In this document: piece by piece, positions 22,101 through 29,746 of the stretch
How positions within the stretch are numbered: the stretch's first letter is position 1
How the letters are laid out: each line of letters starts with the position of its first letter
Virus record (IMG/VR): IMGVR_UViG_3300046804_000544
Location: 32,001-96,000 of that record
Source: a virus
Reading direction: 5' to 3' (one strand)
Length of the DNA: 64,000 nucleotides
Notes under the pieces: generated by a model
What the model saw: the letters and a program-made list of their open reading frames with translations, nothing else
Told to the model about the DNA's origin: nothing
Databases searched by the model: none
Made by a program: the position numbers and the translations under genes

Positions 22101-22321
22101 AGGGCACTGCTAGAAAATCTAGTAGGAACAATAAGACTGTTGCCAGCTGTTACTCTAGTAGTTCCACTAACTGTTAAGTCTCTAAAAGGTGTTGATGTGT
22201 TGATACCAACATATTTGCTGGCTACATTTAGATATATTTTACTAGTGTCAAACGCTAGGTCTACATTGTTACGCAGGAGATTATTCTCCAGCATTTCACC
22301 TTTTATTTTACCAACTGGCAT
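16154..22321 (-). CDS. Giant fibre-like virion protein (2055 aa); paralog of 10108..16125, with 7 tandem repeats and a dockerin/EF-hand-like insert
   Basis: N-terminus MPVGKIKGEMLENNL versus MPVGKISGQMLENNL in the neighbour. It has the same beta-helix module, the same repeats and the same C-terminal F.LIFG. Confidence 0.8.
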   Translation of the reverse strand: MPVGKIKGEMLENNLLRNNVDLAFDTSKIYLNVASKYVGINTSTPFRDLTVSGTTRVTAGNSLIVPTRFSSSALDITGTQIQNTNGSIVFTPTGPTATVTMPQLTTDGLKLYSNYITTTRSNENIDINATGTGLIKLNANTELYGDLRVTGNVTFDGSITFGNADTDNVSFGADVSSDIIPNIDNTYSLGSNTKRWGTVYTRNLNGVDISTSGFSAGGVDLTKRQGKIWYVATLGSYNYVGNHQNAPFDTIERALANATNGDTVFIYPGTYTELLPLTVPAGVTVKGHSLRSVIIQPDTSSTNKDVFLVNGQCTIEDVTIRNFYYNSIADTGYAFRFANNFNTTSRSPYIRNVTVITQGSVTSGTDPRGFNTGDAGRGALIDGSVANVATTSASMLFHSATFITPGVDCIIMKNGARVEWLNSFIYYANRGLYAQSGTTGLASAGKTRLKVYGMSANTVVAGNTISVENVSQANTYTTATIQSITYSGGYAYITIAGKVTGWETSKSFPVETANQQRINFAPGGQTASYLVNVDYSDFGAEIRSIASANVYGNYGAWADGPGTLMYLIGHNFAYIGVGKDTNNDKTASIQANQVIQANTGKIYYQNLDHKGLFEVGSVFSVDGDTGKIAFSPTSFNVTGLTGFEFTSGSNTTIINAASTRQNNILIQDRSILSISGAINFTPVSGILNLNANIANSTDLAVTQSATFSTVTIGDQNTDTFTINSTISASLVPTNNNGFDIGSSTNYWNNIYAGQYLLDNIEINDNYIRTTVSNSNLELRANGTGVVNVDQIGIKSNTISTITTNSDLQITPNGTGKIQLQKNTVANTNLSTSGNLTAPTITIGSDATDVVNFNSTLSNNLVPTFNNSADIGSTTNYWQNVYAGQLLLDSLEINDNYIRTTASNSNLELRPNGTGIVAIDQLGIKSNVISTTATNTDLQINPNGTGKVQLLKNTAVTGNLDVSGSVAVIGTVTFGDALSDSVTFNFSVNSSLIPTNNNSYDLGLSTNYWRNIYAGQVLTDNIELNDNYVRTTVSNSNLELRPNGTGVVSIDQLGIKSNAITSTATNTDIQINPNGTGKVQLLKNTAVTGNLDISSAFNVTGTMTFGDAITDSVTFNNAINSNLIPLYNNSYDVGITTNYWRNVYAGQFLTDNIEVNDNYVRTTVSNSNLELRANGTGLINIDQLGLKSNTVSSTSTNTDIQINPNGTGKVQLLKDTVVTGNLDVSGNTLVTGNVQLGDQIIDSINVVGKIASDLSPAASYTYDLGSTTQVWNDTYLGQILLDSLEINDNYIRTTVSNANLDLRANGTGVVSVDQLGFKSNLISTIAANTDLQINPNGTGTIQLLKNTAVTGRISVSGSTTNNSLTTFGDTNGDRLYLTTVNGSLIPTTNNFADIGSPVGVTYNIDFTALAQADLAVAVGTVDTPTKVLLNSTVPGSIYRYGDVNNDGNVTANDGLAILKAATPTFDATLTASGYDWIINVIIPVILSDPITYSEVVIQSPYNYWRNIYAGQYLTDNIEINDNYVRTTVSNSDLELRANGTGSVVVDQLNFKSNTIVSNSTNTDIQINPNGTGKVKLNKDTVITGNLFVSGNTQINSNLILGDTVVDTVNFVGRVNSNLIPAANHTYDLGSSTLQWNDIYIGRAVVDGIEINDNYIRTTISNANLELRANGTGAVELETLRVNSATVTPKTTNTDIQFNNQTRITGTNAAVLPLGSNATRLLNTGEVRFNNSTNQFEGLLPGGNAATIGYWSSAASPNPTGTWSPDTSTVSSVSQLEFHNITYSGQNSSSFLSLITTGFKIVLFKGQYSNLTDYAVYDVTGAFNVGTGYIYTVTYNSKVGIPSNTWALTNDIVSVAYFGIGQPVNVTNGTNLRNLYGLSDIDQNTTITPENTIGASDGTIRMYINGTQKVTINSSQVTTSPVVVDDIRLSLREIATVNSNADLTFDPNGTGSVNLKDLAVRSNRMTDTNSSGARTITSTGTGYVRFMGQGAVAIPSGTTAQQPTGAAAELGMHRWNTDLARLEVYDGTNWVSAIGTASGVSADLMGDITDVFALIFG
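17300..20150 (-). repeat. Intragenic tandem repeat, 7 units with ~390-393-nt period (one interval enlarged to ~699 nt by an insertion)
   Basis: The NDNY-coding core recurs at about 17369, 17762, 18461, 18854, 19247, 19640 and 20030. Confidence 0.9.
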
Positions 22322-22341
22322 ATTGTATTGCTCCGATACAA

Positions 22342-22348
22342 TATTTAT
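22342..22348 (-). promoter_or_regulatory. T4-type late promoter (ATAAATA) for the 22321 gene
   Basis: ATAAATA followed by a GGAG ribosome-binding site and the ATG. Confidence 0.6.
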
Positions 22349-22357
22349 CGGTAACTA

Positions 22358-23056
22358 TTATTGGTCGTATCCTTGGTAAACGTAAACTACTTGTGCGTTA
22401 GGTACAGGAGTTGTAAATGACAAATAAGTTCCTACTAGACGAACTTGGCCTGTACCTGTAGGTGTGCCGCCTGATTTAGTAAACACTGTACCTACTGTGT
22501 TTGCAGCAGCTCCAAAACTGGTAAATGTTGTAGTACCAACAAATGTAATAACATATTGTGTACCGTTATTACCAGAACTTAGGCTAGTTGCTGCAATTTC
22601 TGCGCCTATTCCTGTGGCGCTAGGATTCTGTACAATAGTAAAATTAACAGTTCCGACTTGTGGAACTTGTCCTGCAATAACTACTAAATTTTTTGCTATC
22701 TGTGTAGCATCCCATGTTACACCACTTTGATAAGTCAATGTAAATGGATCCGGACTTAATGGACCAAATATTGTATATGTGGCATTGCCTGTGCCTGCGT
22801 TTTGTAAACTTACTCCGGCTGCTTCTTTAAATCTAAAAGCACGCCAGGCACCACTTTGATAACCTTCAAATTGATTTGTAGTACTGTTGTAACGTATCAT
22901 TCCTGTTACAGGACTACCTGGTTGTTGTGCTGTTGTACCTTTTGGAATCAATAAGTTATTAGTTGTAACCATACTGACTTGGTCGCTAGAATCTAGTTGG
23001 AGACGTTCGTCTGGAAACTGTCTACGATTTAAATGTATAGTTTTTAAAAATCTCAT
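22358..23056 (-). CDS. Virion structural protein (232 aa) with a fibre-type GMIRYN motif
   Basis: LLIPKGTTAQQP...GMIRYNSTTNQFEGY is shared with the C-terminal regions of the two giant fibres. Confidence 0.65.
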   Translation of the reverse strand: MRFLKTIHLNRRQFPDERLQLDSSDQVSMVTTNNLLIPKGTTAQQPGSPVTGMIRYNSTTNQFEGYQSGAWRAFRFKEAAGVSLQNAGTGNATYTIFGPLSPDPFTLTYQSGVTWDATQIAKNLVVIAGQVPQVGTVNFTIVQNPSATGIGAEIAATSLSSGNNGTQYVITFVGTTTFTSFGAAANTVGTVFTKSGGTPTGTGQVRLVGTYLSFTTPVPNAQVVYVYQGYDQ

Positions 23057-23361
23057 TATACGCTCAATATACTAACTGTTGCTGTTAATCCAGTACTAGA
23101 TCCAACTGCTACCACTGTGTCTCCAGTGGTTAATACTAATTTTTCTGTATCAAAATTAAAAGTGTCTCCTGCTGGCACGCTAACAGCATTAACAATCATA
23201 GTTCCTGTTCCAGCACTGTTACCATTAGCTACTGCATACAGCGTACATGTAAGAGCACCAGCAGTTGTATTGCAAACAATCAAAGAAGTAATGGCACGAT
23301 CACCTGATCCAGTTGCTAGTGTTGTATTTGTTGCCAATATCGCTGTGTTATAAATTGCCAT
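23056..23361 (-). CDS. Small beta-sandwich-like virion protein (101 aa)
   Basis: Clean ORF whose stop overlaps the next start. Resembles 9775..10104. Confidence 0.7.
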   Translation of the reverse strand: MAIYNTAILATNTTLATGSGDRAITSLIVCNTTAGALTCTLYAVANGNSAGTGTMIVNAVSVPAGDTFNFDTEKLVLTTGDTVVAVGSSTGLTATVSILSV

Positions 23362-23370
23362 TCTTTTTCC

Positions 23371-24438
23371 TTAAAATAATACGCTAAACAATAACGCTCT
23401 ATTTTTTGCTACTAATTCGTCTGAAGTTAAGCTATTTACAAAATATATTCCGCTCTTTCCAGGTGTTCCGGCTCCAGTACCCGGTGCTTTAGGATATATT
23501 TTACTATAACTGGCTGTGCTAGTAGGATTGCTAGCTTGTTCAATCATTTGTATAATACCTTCAACTTGTATAACGCCTGTTCCATTTGGATCTAAAACTA
23601 AATTAGCATTAGATACATTAGTACTAATTGTATTGTCGTTAATTCTTACGCTATCTACAGTTAACGTAGAAGCAGTAAGTCCGTCATAATTAAATAATCC
23701 TTGTTGAACGCCGTCTACTTTAAAAACTATTCTACTAGGTGCGTTTCCAGCAGATGTATCATAGGTATAAACTGATGTGTCGCCTTCTGCAATATGATTT
23801 TGATTAAACCATATAAATGCTGAATTTACATAATCATATATAGATTGTGTATTTGGTATAGCGTTAGGATCACTGGTTAGTGTAATTGGGCCTGTGCCTA
23901 GATCATAATTTGTATAATTAAAAACATGACGCTCATAATTATTTGTTTGAGCAACGGTTACCCAACCTTGAGAACCGTTACTTAATAAAAACAAATTATT
24001 ATTACCGCTTGTTCTTACAGCACTAGTTTGGATGCCTACTAAAGAACCAGATGTAGTTGAAAAGGTAAATGTACCGTATTTGTTAGTTGCCTGTCCTGTT
24101 GAACTTAATACACTTTCGTCAAATAATATTTGTGCATCACCAGTTAACCAGTTGCCGCCAGCAGCACCTCTAGAAATTGAAATTCCAGATTGCCCTCCTA
24201 GTGAAGCACTTATACCTTGACCGTTTACTGTTCCAACTTCGCCGTAGTTTAAGTAAATGGTGTTGTCTTTAATAGTTACAACGGTAGATTCTACTGTAGT
24301 AGTAGTACCTTTAACATCAAGGTTACCAGTTATGTATACTGTACCTTGAAGGACACCTGTGTCTAACCAAATTTCTCCGTTAGACTTGGTAATTATTTTA
24401 TAGTCGCCGTTGACTACATTGACAACTTTTGTACCCAT
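23371..24438 (-). CDS. Fibre-like virion structural protein (355 aa)
   Basis: ITGNLDVKGTTTTVEST..IKDN.IYLN.GE motif, plus INDNTISTNVSNANLVLDPNGTG, a single copy of the giant-fibre repeat core. Confidence 0.7.
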   Translation of the reverse strand: MGTKVVNVVNGDYKIITKSNGEIWLDTGVLQGTVYITGNLDVKGTTTTVESTVVTIKDNTIYLNYGEVGTVNGQGISASLGGQSGISISRGAAGGNWLTGDAQILFDESVLSSTGQATNKYGTFTFSTTSGSLVGIQTSAVRTSGNNNLFLLSNGSQGWVTVAQTNNYERHVFNYTNYDLGTGPITLTSDPNAIPNTQSIYDYVNSAFIWFNQNHIAEGDTSVYTYDTSAGNAPSRIVFKVDGVQQGLFNYDGLTASTLTVDSVRINDNTISTNVSNANLVLDPNGTGVIQVEGIIQMIEQASNPTSTASYSKIYPKAPGTGAGTPGKSGIYFVNSLTSDELVAKNRALLFSVLF

Positions 24439-24448
24439 TTACTATCTC

Positions 24449-24835
24449 TTAGATTTCTGTTAATTGCATGTAGTTAGAAGAACTATCGTCAACAATAGTC
24501 CACTTATAACGCTTACCGTTAAACCCGTGGGCAGTTCTGTTGTACAATCTTTTGATAAAAACAACTTGTCCTGCACCGTTGAAACCAGGAATGCTCATTT
24601 CATTGTCAGACAATGCCGCTGGTGCTTTGTTTACTAGTGTGCAAATACCTTCTGAGCCAGTACCGTCTCTAGCAGTGTCAATTTTAAATTTAACACTACT
24701 ACGCTGGCGTAGAATAATTGCTACTTGCGATACTGCTACTGAAGGAAGTTTTGCATTAACTGTGATGTTGTTGCCTTCAATGCCTGTGCTACCTTGTGTA
24801 ACACCAAAATATTTTTTATTAACTGGACGTCCCAT
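24449..24835 (-). CDS. Probable virion structural protein immediately downstream of the capsid gene (128 aa)
   Basis: AAGGAG ribosome-binding site, its own late promoter, and N-terminus MGRPVNKKYFG. Confidence 0.7.
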   Translation of the reverse strand: MGRPVNKKYFGVTQGSTGIEGNNITVNAKLPSVAVSQVAIILRQRSSVKFKIDTARDGTGSEGICTLVNKAPAALSDNEMSIPGFNGAGQVVFIKRLYNRTAHGFNGKRYKWTIVDDSSSNYMQLTEI

Positions 24836-24904
24836 TTGTTTTCTCCTTAAATTTGACGTTTTAGGTCTACGCAGAGGGATTCTGCATAAATCATTTAGAC
24901 TAAT

Positions 24905-24911
24905 TATTTAT
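24905..24911 (-). promoter_or_regulatory. T4-type late promoter (ATAAATA) just past the capsid-gene terminator
   Basis: ATAAATA 70 nt upstream of the ATG at 24835. Confidence 0.6.
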
Positions 24912-24915
24912 CCGC

Positions 24916-24944
24916 AAAAGAAAAAGGGCTCCGAAGAGCCCTTT
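24916..24944 (-). terminator. Rho-independent terminator after the major capsid gene
   Basis: Minus strand AAAGGGCTC-TTCG-GAGCCCTTT-TTCTTTT: a 9-bp stem, a C(UUCG)G tetraloop and a U-tract. Confidence 0.9.
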
Positions 24945-24962
24945 AACCACGGTGAGTTGTGA

Positions 24963-26138
24963 TTACTTGAAGCTTACGCCAGTAATAGATACTGTGCCCA
25001 AGTAGTCAGCAGCGTTACCTAGAGAACTTGCTGCGTTGCTTAGTTCAACATAACCATAACGTGTCATGAATGATACGACTGGTTCGAATGTTGATGGATC
25101 TAGAACAACACCAGAGCTCATTAGAGGAATGTATGGGCAGTAGAATGCTGCTGCATCGCTCTCTGAAGAACCCTTATAACCAACAAGTACTACTGTACCG
25201 TCTGCGCTATATGTGTTAACATAGATCTTCATAGCACTGTTCAATGTACCAACAAACTTAGTGTTTGTAGGTGCTTCGAATGTACCTTCTGTTGTACGTG
25301 CAAATGCACTTGTTGTTGCGCTCTGTAGAATTGTTAGAGCTTCTGGACTTACAACAGCCCAGTTACCAGCGCCACGACGTGTGCGCTGAGCGATTGTGTT
25401 AGCAACACGGTTGATTAGAACAGCAAGAGCTGCGTGCTCGTCACCAACAAATGTAGCTGTACCAGAAACTTGAGTTTGGTCATATGCCTGTGTATTACCG
25501 TTGTTTGTAGCTAGAGTTGTCAAGCTACCGATAATTTCTTGGTCAATTTCTGCTGTGATTTCTTGTGCTAGAGCAGCCATGATTTCTGCTTCAACGTCAA
25601 TACCTTGTTGGGCTTGTGCGTCTTGAGCAGCTTCAAATGTCCAACGAGCTGACAACTTACGTGTCTTAGCTTCGACGGTTTGCTTTAGAATCTGGATGCT
25701 TAAACGCTTACCAGCAGCACCTTCTAGAGTTGCTGTAGAAGTAGCAGTTCTAGCAGATCCGTTGTTTGCAGAATAACCTTCTGCAATCTTGAACGGACTT
25801 AGAGCTTCTTCACCAGCGGTAGCACCATATGTACCACTTACGGTGTCGCTATAACGAACACGTAGCGTATGGATTTGACCAACTGGGCCAGTCATTGGTT
25901 GTACACCGACCAACTCGTTAGCGATAACTGTTGGCATAACACGACGGATTACTGGAAGAATCACGCGGTTTAATGTTGCGACGTTGCCGGCAGAAGTAGC
26001 ACCAGTAGTAGCACTCTCAGCTAGATACTTACGTGTGTTCTCTAGTGTGGATGCCATTACAGTTTTCTTGGTGCCTTGAAGGCCTTCAAGAAGAGCGTCT
26101 TTTGTTTCTGCCCAACGGCTTGTTAGTAGTTCTGACAT
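24963..26138 (-). CDS. gp23: Major capsid protein, T4 gp23-like
   Basis: LPVIRRVMPTVIANELVGVQPMTGPVGQIHTLR, RKLSARWTFEAAQD, LVGYKGSSESDAAAFYCPYIPL and P+VSFMTRYG are hallmark gp23-family motifs. Confidence 0.95.
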   Translation of the reverse strand: MSELLTSRWAETKDALLEGLQGTKKTVMASTLENTRKYLAESATTGATSAGNVATLNRVILPVIRRVMPTVIANELVGVQPMTGPVGQIHTLRVRYSDTVSGTYGATAGEEALSPFKIAEGYSANNGSARTATSTATLEGAAGKRLSIQILKQTVEAKTRKLSARWTFEAAQDAQAQQGIDVEAEIMAALAQEITAEIDQEIIGSLTTLATNNGNTQAYDQTQVSGTATFVGDEHAALAVLINRVANTIAQRTRRGAGNWAVVSPEALTILQSATTSAFARTTEGTFEAPTNTKFVGTLNSAMKIYVNTYSADGTVVLVGYKGSSESDAAAFYCPYIPLMSSGVVLDPSTFEPVVSFMTRYGYVELSNAASSLGNAADYLGTVSITGVSFK

Positions 26139-26158
26139 TATTTTTCTCCTGATTAATG

Positions 26159-27244
26159 TTAAATTCCAGCTAGACGTCTGATATCAACGATGTTATGGTC
26201 TGCTGGGCTACTTACGCTGTTGGTTTCTTTATTGCCTGTTACTTCTTTTGCCTCTACTAATGCCTGTTTCTTCTTTGGAGCTTCGCCAGCAATTACAGCT
26301 GGTAGGTACTTGTCAAAGCTAGAACGTAGCTTTGTTGTCTGTACACTTTCAAGCAATTCTGACATAATTTTCTTTTGACCGCCATTTAAAGGTGCTGTCA
26401 ATTCTGTCATAATTTCTTGACGTTCTTTGCTCTCCATAAGAGCTTTAACTTCTGCTTCTTTGCTTTCTGCGACTAGTCTTGCTTCTGCTACAGCGTTTTT
26501 AGCGGCTGCAAGTTCTAATTCTTTCACGTCTATGACTTTGAGCAATTTAGCTGTTTCTGATTTTTCGCTAAGATAGCTAGATTGATACTCTGTAGCAAAT
26601 GCTTCAAATAGTTTACGACCAAAGTCGTTACGGCGAGCACTTTCAATATCTTCTTTTAGTTGGCCAATTTCTTTGGTAAGAGTTTTTTCAACTGTAGATT
26701 CTACTAACTGTGCGGCACGCTTGATAAACTTTTCTTTCATTTGTGCTAGAGCTTCGCGACCTTCGCGTACTAGCTTAACCTTAGTTTGTGCAAGGTCTTG
26801 CTTGTCTGTATGGAACTCTGCGATTTCTTGAGCTAGAGCCTCAACTACGAACTTCTCAAGTGTTTTAAACTTAGAAGCCATTTGAACTTGATCTTCGTGT
26901 AATTCTTTTACTTCTGTTGCTAATTGACGAGTAATAAATTCATGCATTAGGCGAGCTGTACGCTTACCTTCTACAACTACTCGTGCCTTAGCTTCAGCTA
27001 GTTGATTACGATCTTCAATAAATTGAGCAATTTCCTCTTTTAATTGATCGCCTAACATGCGATCAATTGCTTCTACCATAACTTGTTTGTCATGCTCGTA
27101 GCGTTGAGCAAATTCTTCACGTAGTTGTTGAGTTACTTGGTTACGATTCTCGACGATGCGAGCTTCCCAAGCTGTCTCAATTGACTGCTTGATCTCTTCA
27201 GAAATCACGTTGTTTTCAAACAGAGTTTTTAATGCGTCCAACAT
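26159..27244 (-). CDS. Prohead core/scaffolding protein (gp22-like)
   Basis: Coiled-coil, E/K-rich protein lying between the protease and capsid genes; C-terminal IRRLAGI. Confidence 0.8.
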   Translation of the reverse strand: MLDALKTLFENNVISEEIKQSIETAWEARIVENRNQVTQQLREEFAQRYEHDKQVMVEAIDRMLGDQLKEEIAQFIEDRNQLAEAKARVVVEGKRTARLMHEFITRQLATEVKELHEDQVQMASKFKTLEKFVVEALAQEIAEFHTDKQDLAQTKVKLVREGREALAQMKEKFIKRAAQLVESTVEKTLTKEIGQLKEDIESARRNDFGRKLFEAFATEYQSSYLSEKSETAKLLKVIDVKELELAAAKNAVAEARLVAESKEAEVKALMESKERQEIMTELTAPLNGGQKKIMSELLESVQTTKLRSSFDKYLPAVIAGEAPKKKQALVEAKEVTGNKETNSVSSPADHNIVDIRRLAGI

Positions 27245-27259
27245 GTGATTCTCCTTTTG

Positions 27260-27889
27260 TTATCGGAGCCTGCTTATTATACCTAATAAGCTCTCTTTGA
27301 GATATTTTTGTGCCTTGGGATCGCCCTTAACCTCTTGCGCTATACGCAATGCGCTATAACCACCACGATTGTTCATCAGGTGTTCATAAATCGGTGTAGG
27401 ATACGCTCCAGGAGCACTGGGTTGAGCTACCACATCTACAGTGATAATCTCAAAATCAGACACTTCACCGGTACCGTCATCTCTAACGTTACCGGATCCG
27501 CGCGAACTAACACCTAGCTTAACTCCGTTTTGCAACATTGTCTTAACTAGTTCCCCCATCGGTGTAGGGATAATTTTTAATTTACCAAAACCGTCTGCGC
27601 CATCCATCCACATTTCTGTGATCATATGGCTCACACGGTCAAGGTTGATTCTTAGGTCGTCTGGATGATCTACTTCGCCTAAAACTGAATAGCCACCTGC
27701 GATTTGATCGTTCAGGGTTTTGACAGCCCTGGCAATCTCTCTTGCAGGATAAACACGCTGATTCTGATTCCTTTTATCGCCTTGGATGAAAATTCCCTTC
27801 ATGTAAAGGTTTTTTCCACCCGTAGCTTCATCGGACTCAACGACCACTTTCGCTTGGTCGAAACTCAGGTTTTCGCGTAGATAGTTCAT
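27260..27889 (-). CDS. gp21: Prohead maturation protease, T4 gp21-like
   Basis: GIFIQGDKRNQNQRVYP, LGEVDHP, LGVSSRGSG and FEIITVDVVAQPSAPGAYP motifs. ATG at 27889 preferred over the TTG at 27892. Confidence 0.93.
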   Translation of the reverse strand: MNYLRENLSFDQAKVVVESDEATGGKNLYMKGIFIQGDKRNQNQRVYPAREIARAVKTLNDQIAGGYSVLGEVDHPDDLRINLDRVSHMITEMWMDGADGFGKLKIIPTPMGELVKTMLQNGVKLGVSSRGSGNVRDDGTGEVSDFEIITVDVVAQPSAPGAYPTPIYEHLMNNRGGYSALRIAQEVKGDPKAQKYLKESLLGIISRLR

Positions 27890-27902
27890 CAATTAAACCT
27901 GC

Positions 27903-28802
27903 TTACTTAGCACGGCTTTTTACGCCGTTAATTGGGCTATCTGCACCTTTGTCATCCTGGGGTGCTGCGCCTTTCTTCTCGGCACCGTGTCCTGGCTCTT
28001 TCTTCTTGAATGCTGTCTTACCAGCATTGCCGCCTGGAACGTTTACATTACCAAAGTTTTCTTCTTTGGTTGTTGGGTTCAGCAAACCGCCTTTTGTACC
28101 GCCAGTTGTGCTTTCACCGCCTTTTACAATATTTGCGGTTGTACCGCCCATATCATTCTTACCAGCAACTACGCTTTTTGCGTTAGCGCCATTGTCGCCA
28201 CCTTTTGGAGCAGAAACTTTTTCTACATACTCACGCATGAAGTTATCCATGCTGGCTTCAAGTTCCATACCTGCGTCCATAGGCATTTCTCCGTCCTCAC
28301 TTTCGTCGTCGCCCATGTCCATATCCATGTCGTCGCCGTGGCCTTCACCTTCTTCACCGGCCATTAGTTGTTCAAATTCTGCTTTGAGTTCGTCTAGTGC
28401 ATCTTCTAGGTCAACTACGCGATCTTCTAGATCACCTTCGCCGCCCATGTCATCACCGCCTTCTTCATCGTCTCCAGCTTCGATGTCGTCGATCATGTCG
28501 TCTGATGGATCACCGCCAATTTCATCTTCGCCTTCGGCAAAACCAAAACTCTCGTCCATTTCATCTTCTTCGTCTTCCTCAGAAGCTTCATCGACTTGTT
28601 CTTCATCGTCTTCTTCTGCGGCTTCGTCCATTTCATCTTCTTCATCTTCTTCTTTGGCTTCATTGAAGTCATCAGCTAAGATGTTTTCGTAGATTTCACG
28701 GGATTTTTCAACTACTAGTTGATGGAAAAGCTCTTTGGCTTTGTCACTCTCGTCATTAATGAGATGTTCGAGCATCTGCTCGAATTTATTTCGATCAGTC
28801 AT
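27903..28802 (-). CDS. Highly acidic prohead core/internal protein (299 aa)
   Basis: ATG at 28802 follows AGGAG. D/E-rich middle and G/K-rich tail. Its position between portal and protease matches the T4 gp67/gp68 locus (inference). Confidence 0.7.
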   Translation of the reverse strand: MTDRNKFEQMLEHLINDESDKAKELFHQLVVEKSREIYENILADDFNEAKEEDEEDEMDEAAEEDDEEQVDEASEEDEEDEMDESFGFAEGEDEIGGDPSDDMIDDIEAGDDEEGGDDMGGEGDLEDRVVDLEDALDELKAEFEQLMAGEEGEGHGDDMDMDMGDDESEDGEMPMDAGMELEASMDNFMREYVEKVSAPKGGDNGANAKSVVAGKNDMGGTTANIVKGGESTTGGTKGGLLNPTTKEENFGNVNVPGGNAGKTAFKKKEPGHGAEKKGAAPQDDKGADSPINGVKSRAK

Positions 28803-28838
28803 GTTTTTGTCTCCTATAGGTTGCAAGGCTGTCAAATA

Positions 28839-28845
28839 TATTTAC
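28839..28845 (-). promoter_or_regulatory. Late promoter variant (GTAAATA) for the core/protease/scaffold/capsid operon
   Basis: TAAATA core in the intergenic gap upstream of the 28802 start. Confidence 0.55.
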
Positions 28846-28881
28846 AATATTGTCAAAAAATAGTGCTTAAATGGTAGTTTT

Positions 28882-29472
28882 TTAGTCAGTTTTAGACCAG
28901 GTTTCTATAATTTTGCGGAAATTTTCATAACTCAAGTGTCTAAAGTTAAAATAATTCCAATTGGGGTCGTAAAAACTTTCTTCAACTACTCGGTAAAATT
29001 TTATATGAGGATTATCAATAATAACCTGCTCTGTTTGTTTTTCCCAATTTCCATGGTAAGTAGCTAGGTCCTGGCTTTGTCTATAGTTTTGTGTATCAGC
29101 ATACACATTGTTTAATAATCCGTTAATACCGGTAAAATCAAAACCTAAGATGTAAATTTCATTTGTAGGCGGTTTGTGTTTAGCAGCTAGATGTAAAGCA
29201 GTAGGTCCACTGCTCCAACCTAGTACAGGATTAAAATAGTTAAAACCTTTAAACTTTTTGTATCTATCATTATCATTAGTCCATACAGAATGTGTCAATT
29301 GATAACCATTGGCTTCAATTTCAAAGATCATTTTAGGATCTACAGCCACAAGATAATCCGGCTCAAACTCTCTGTAGAGAGCATTACAGCCGTAAATTTT
29401 TCCGTATCCTACTAGTTCTTTGGGGTTTATTGCGAGCCGGCTTTTACCGTTTCCTAGCACAAAACTACGCAT
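28882..29472 (-). CDS. Putative glycosyltransferase-like protein (DUF115/MptE/Cst-like fold), 196 aa
   Basis: FVLGNGKSR, IYGCNALY, LVAVD, SSGPTAL and IYILGFD resemble the GNGPS...N...D...S.G...IYL.GFD signature of that fold (recognised by eye). Confidence 0.55.
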   Translation of the reverse strand: MRSFVLGNGKSRLAINPKELVGYGKIYGCNALYREFEPDYLVAVDPKMIFEIEANGYQLTHSVWTNDNDRYKKFKGFNYFNPVLGWSSGPTALHLAAKHKPPTNEIYILGFDFTGINGLLNNVYADTQNYRQSQDLATYHGNWEKQTEQVIIDNPHIKFYRVVEESFYDPNWNYFNFRHLSYENFRKIIETWSKTD

Positions 29473-29493
29473 AGATTATCCTTTTAAGAATAA

Positions 29494-29733
29494 TTATGCA
29501 GCAGGTGCTGGTGGTGCCTTGTACATTTGAGTAACAAATTCTAAATCTTTTTCTTGTTCTAGAATATGTTGTTCACTAGCTTTACGCAGTTCATTTACTT
29601 GACGCAGAGTTAACCTAGTTTTACGTGTATCATCTCTTTTTAACTGTGTGAAATCACGGCTAGGCGAATAACGCATGTCGTTTGACATACTAGACAAATC
29701 TTTATCTGCGTAAAATAATTCTCGAAGTATCAT
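29494..29733 (-). CDS. Small head-module protein (79 aa)
   Basis: Clean ORF after the portal gene, with TATAAATA 5 nt upstream of its ATG. Confidence 0.7.
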   Translation of the reverse strand: MILRELFYADKDLSSMSNDMRYSPSRDFTQLKRDDTRKTRLTLRQVNELRKASEQHILEQEKDLEFVTQMYKAPPAPAA

Positions 29734-29738
29734 GTTAA

Positions 29739-29746
29739 TATTTATA
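29739..29746 (-). promoter_or_regulatory. Perfect T4 late promoter TATAAATA overlapping the portal stop codon
   Basis: Exact consensus match. Confidence 0.75.

Noticed and set aside
139-24220. Many short plus-strand ORFs (e.g. 139-459, 6326-6715, 11405-11650, 13319-13648, 22464-22730)
   Set aside because: They are antisense shadows of the long minus-strand genes. Their V/L/P-rich sequences mirror the Thr/Asn/Gly codons opposite, and they have no ribosome-binding sites.
27949-28692. 247-aa Ser-rich plus-strand ORF
   Set aside because: It is the reverse complement of the GAA/GAC/GAT-rich acidic gene; the poly-Ser is a codon artefact.
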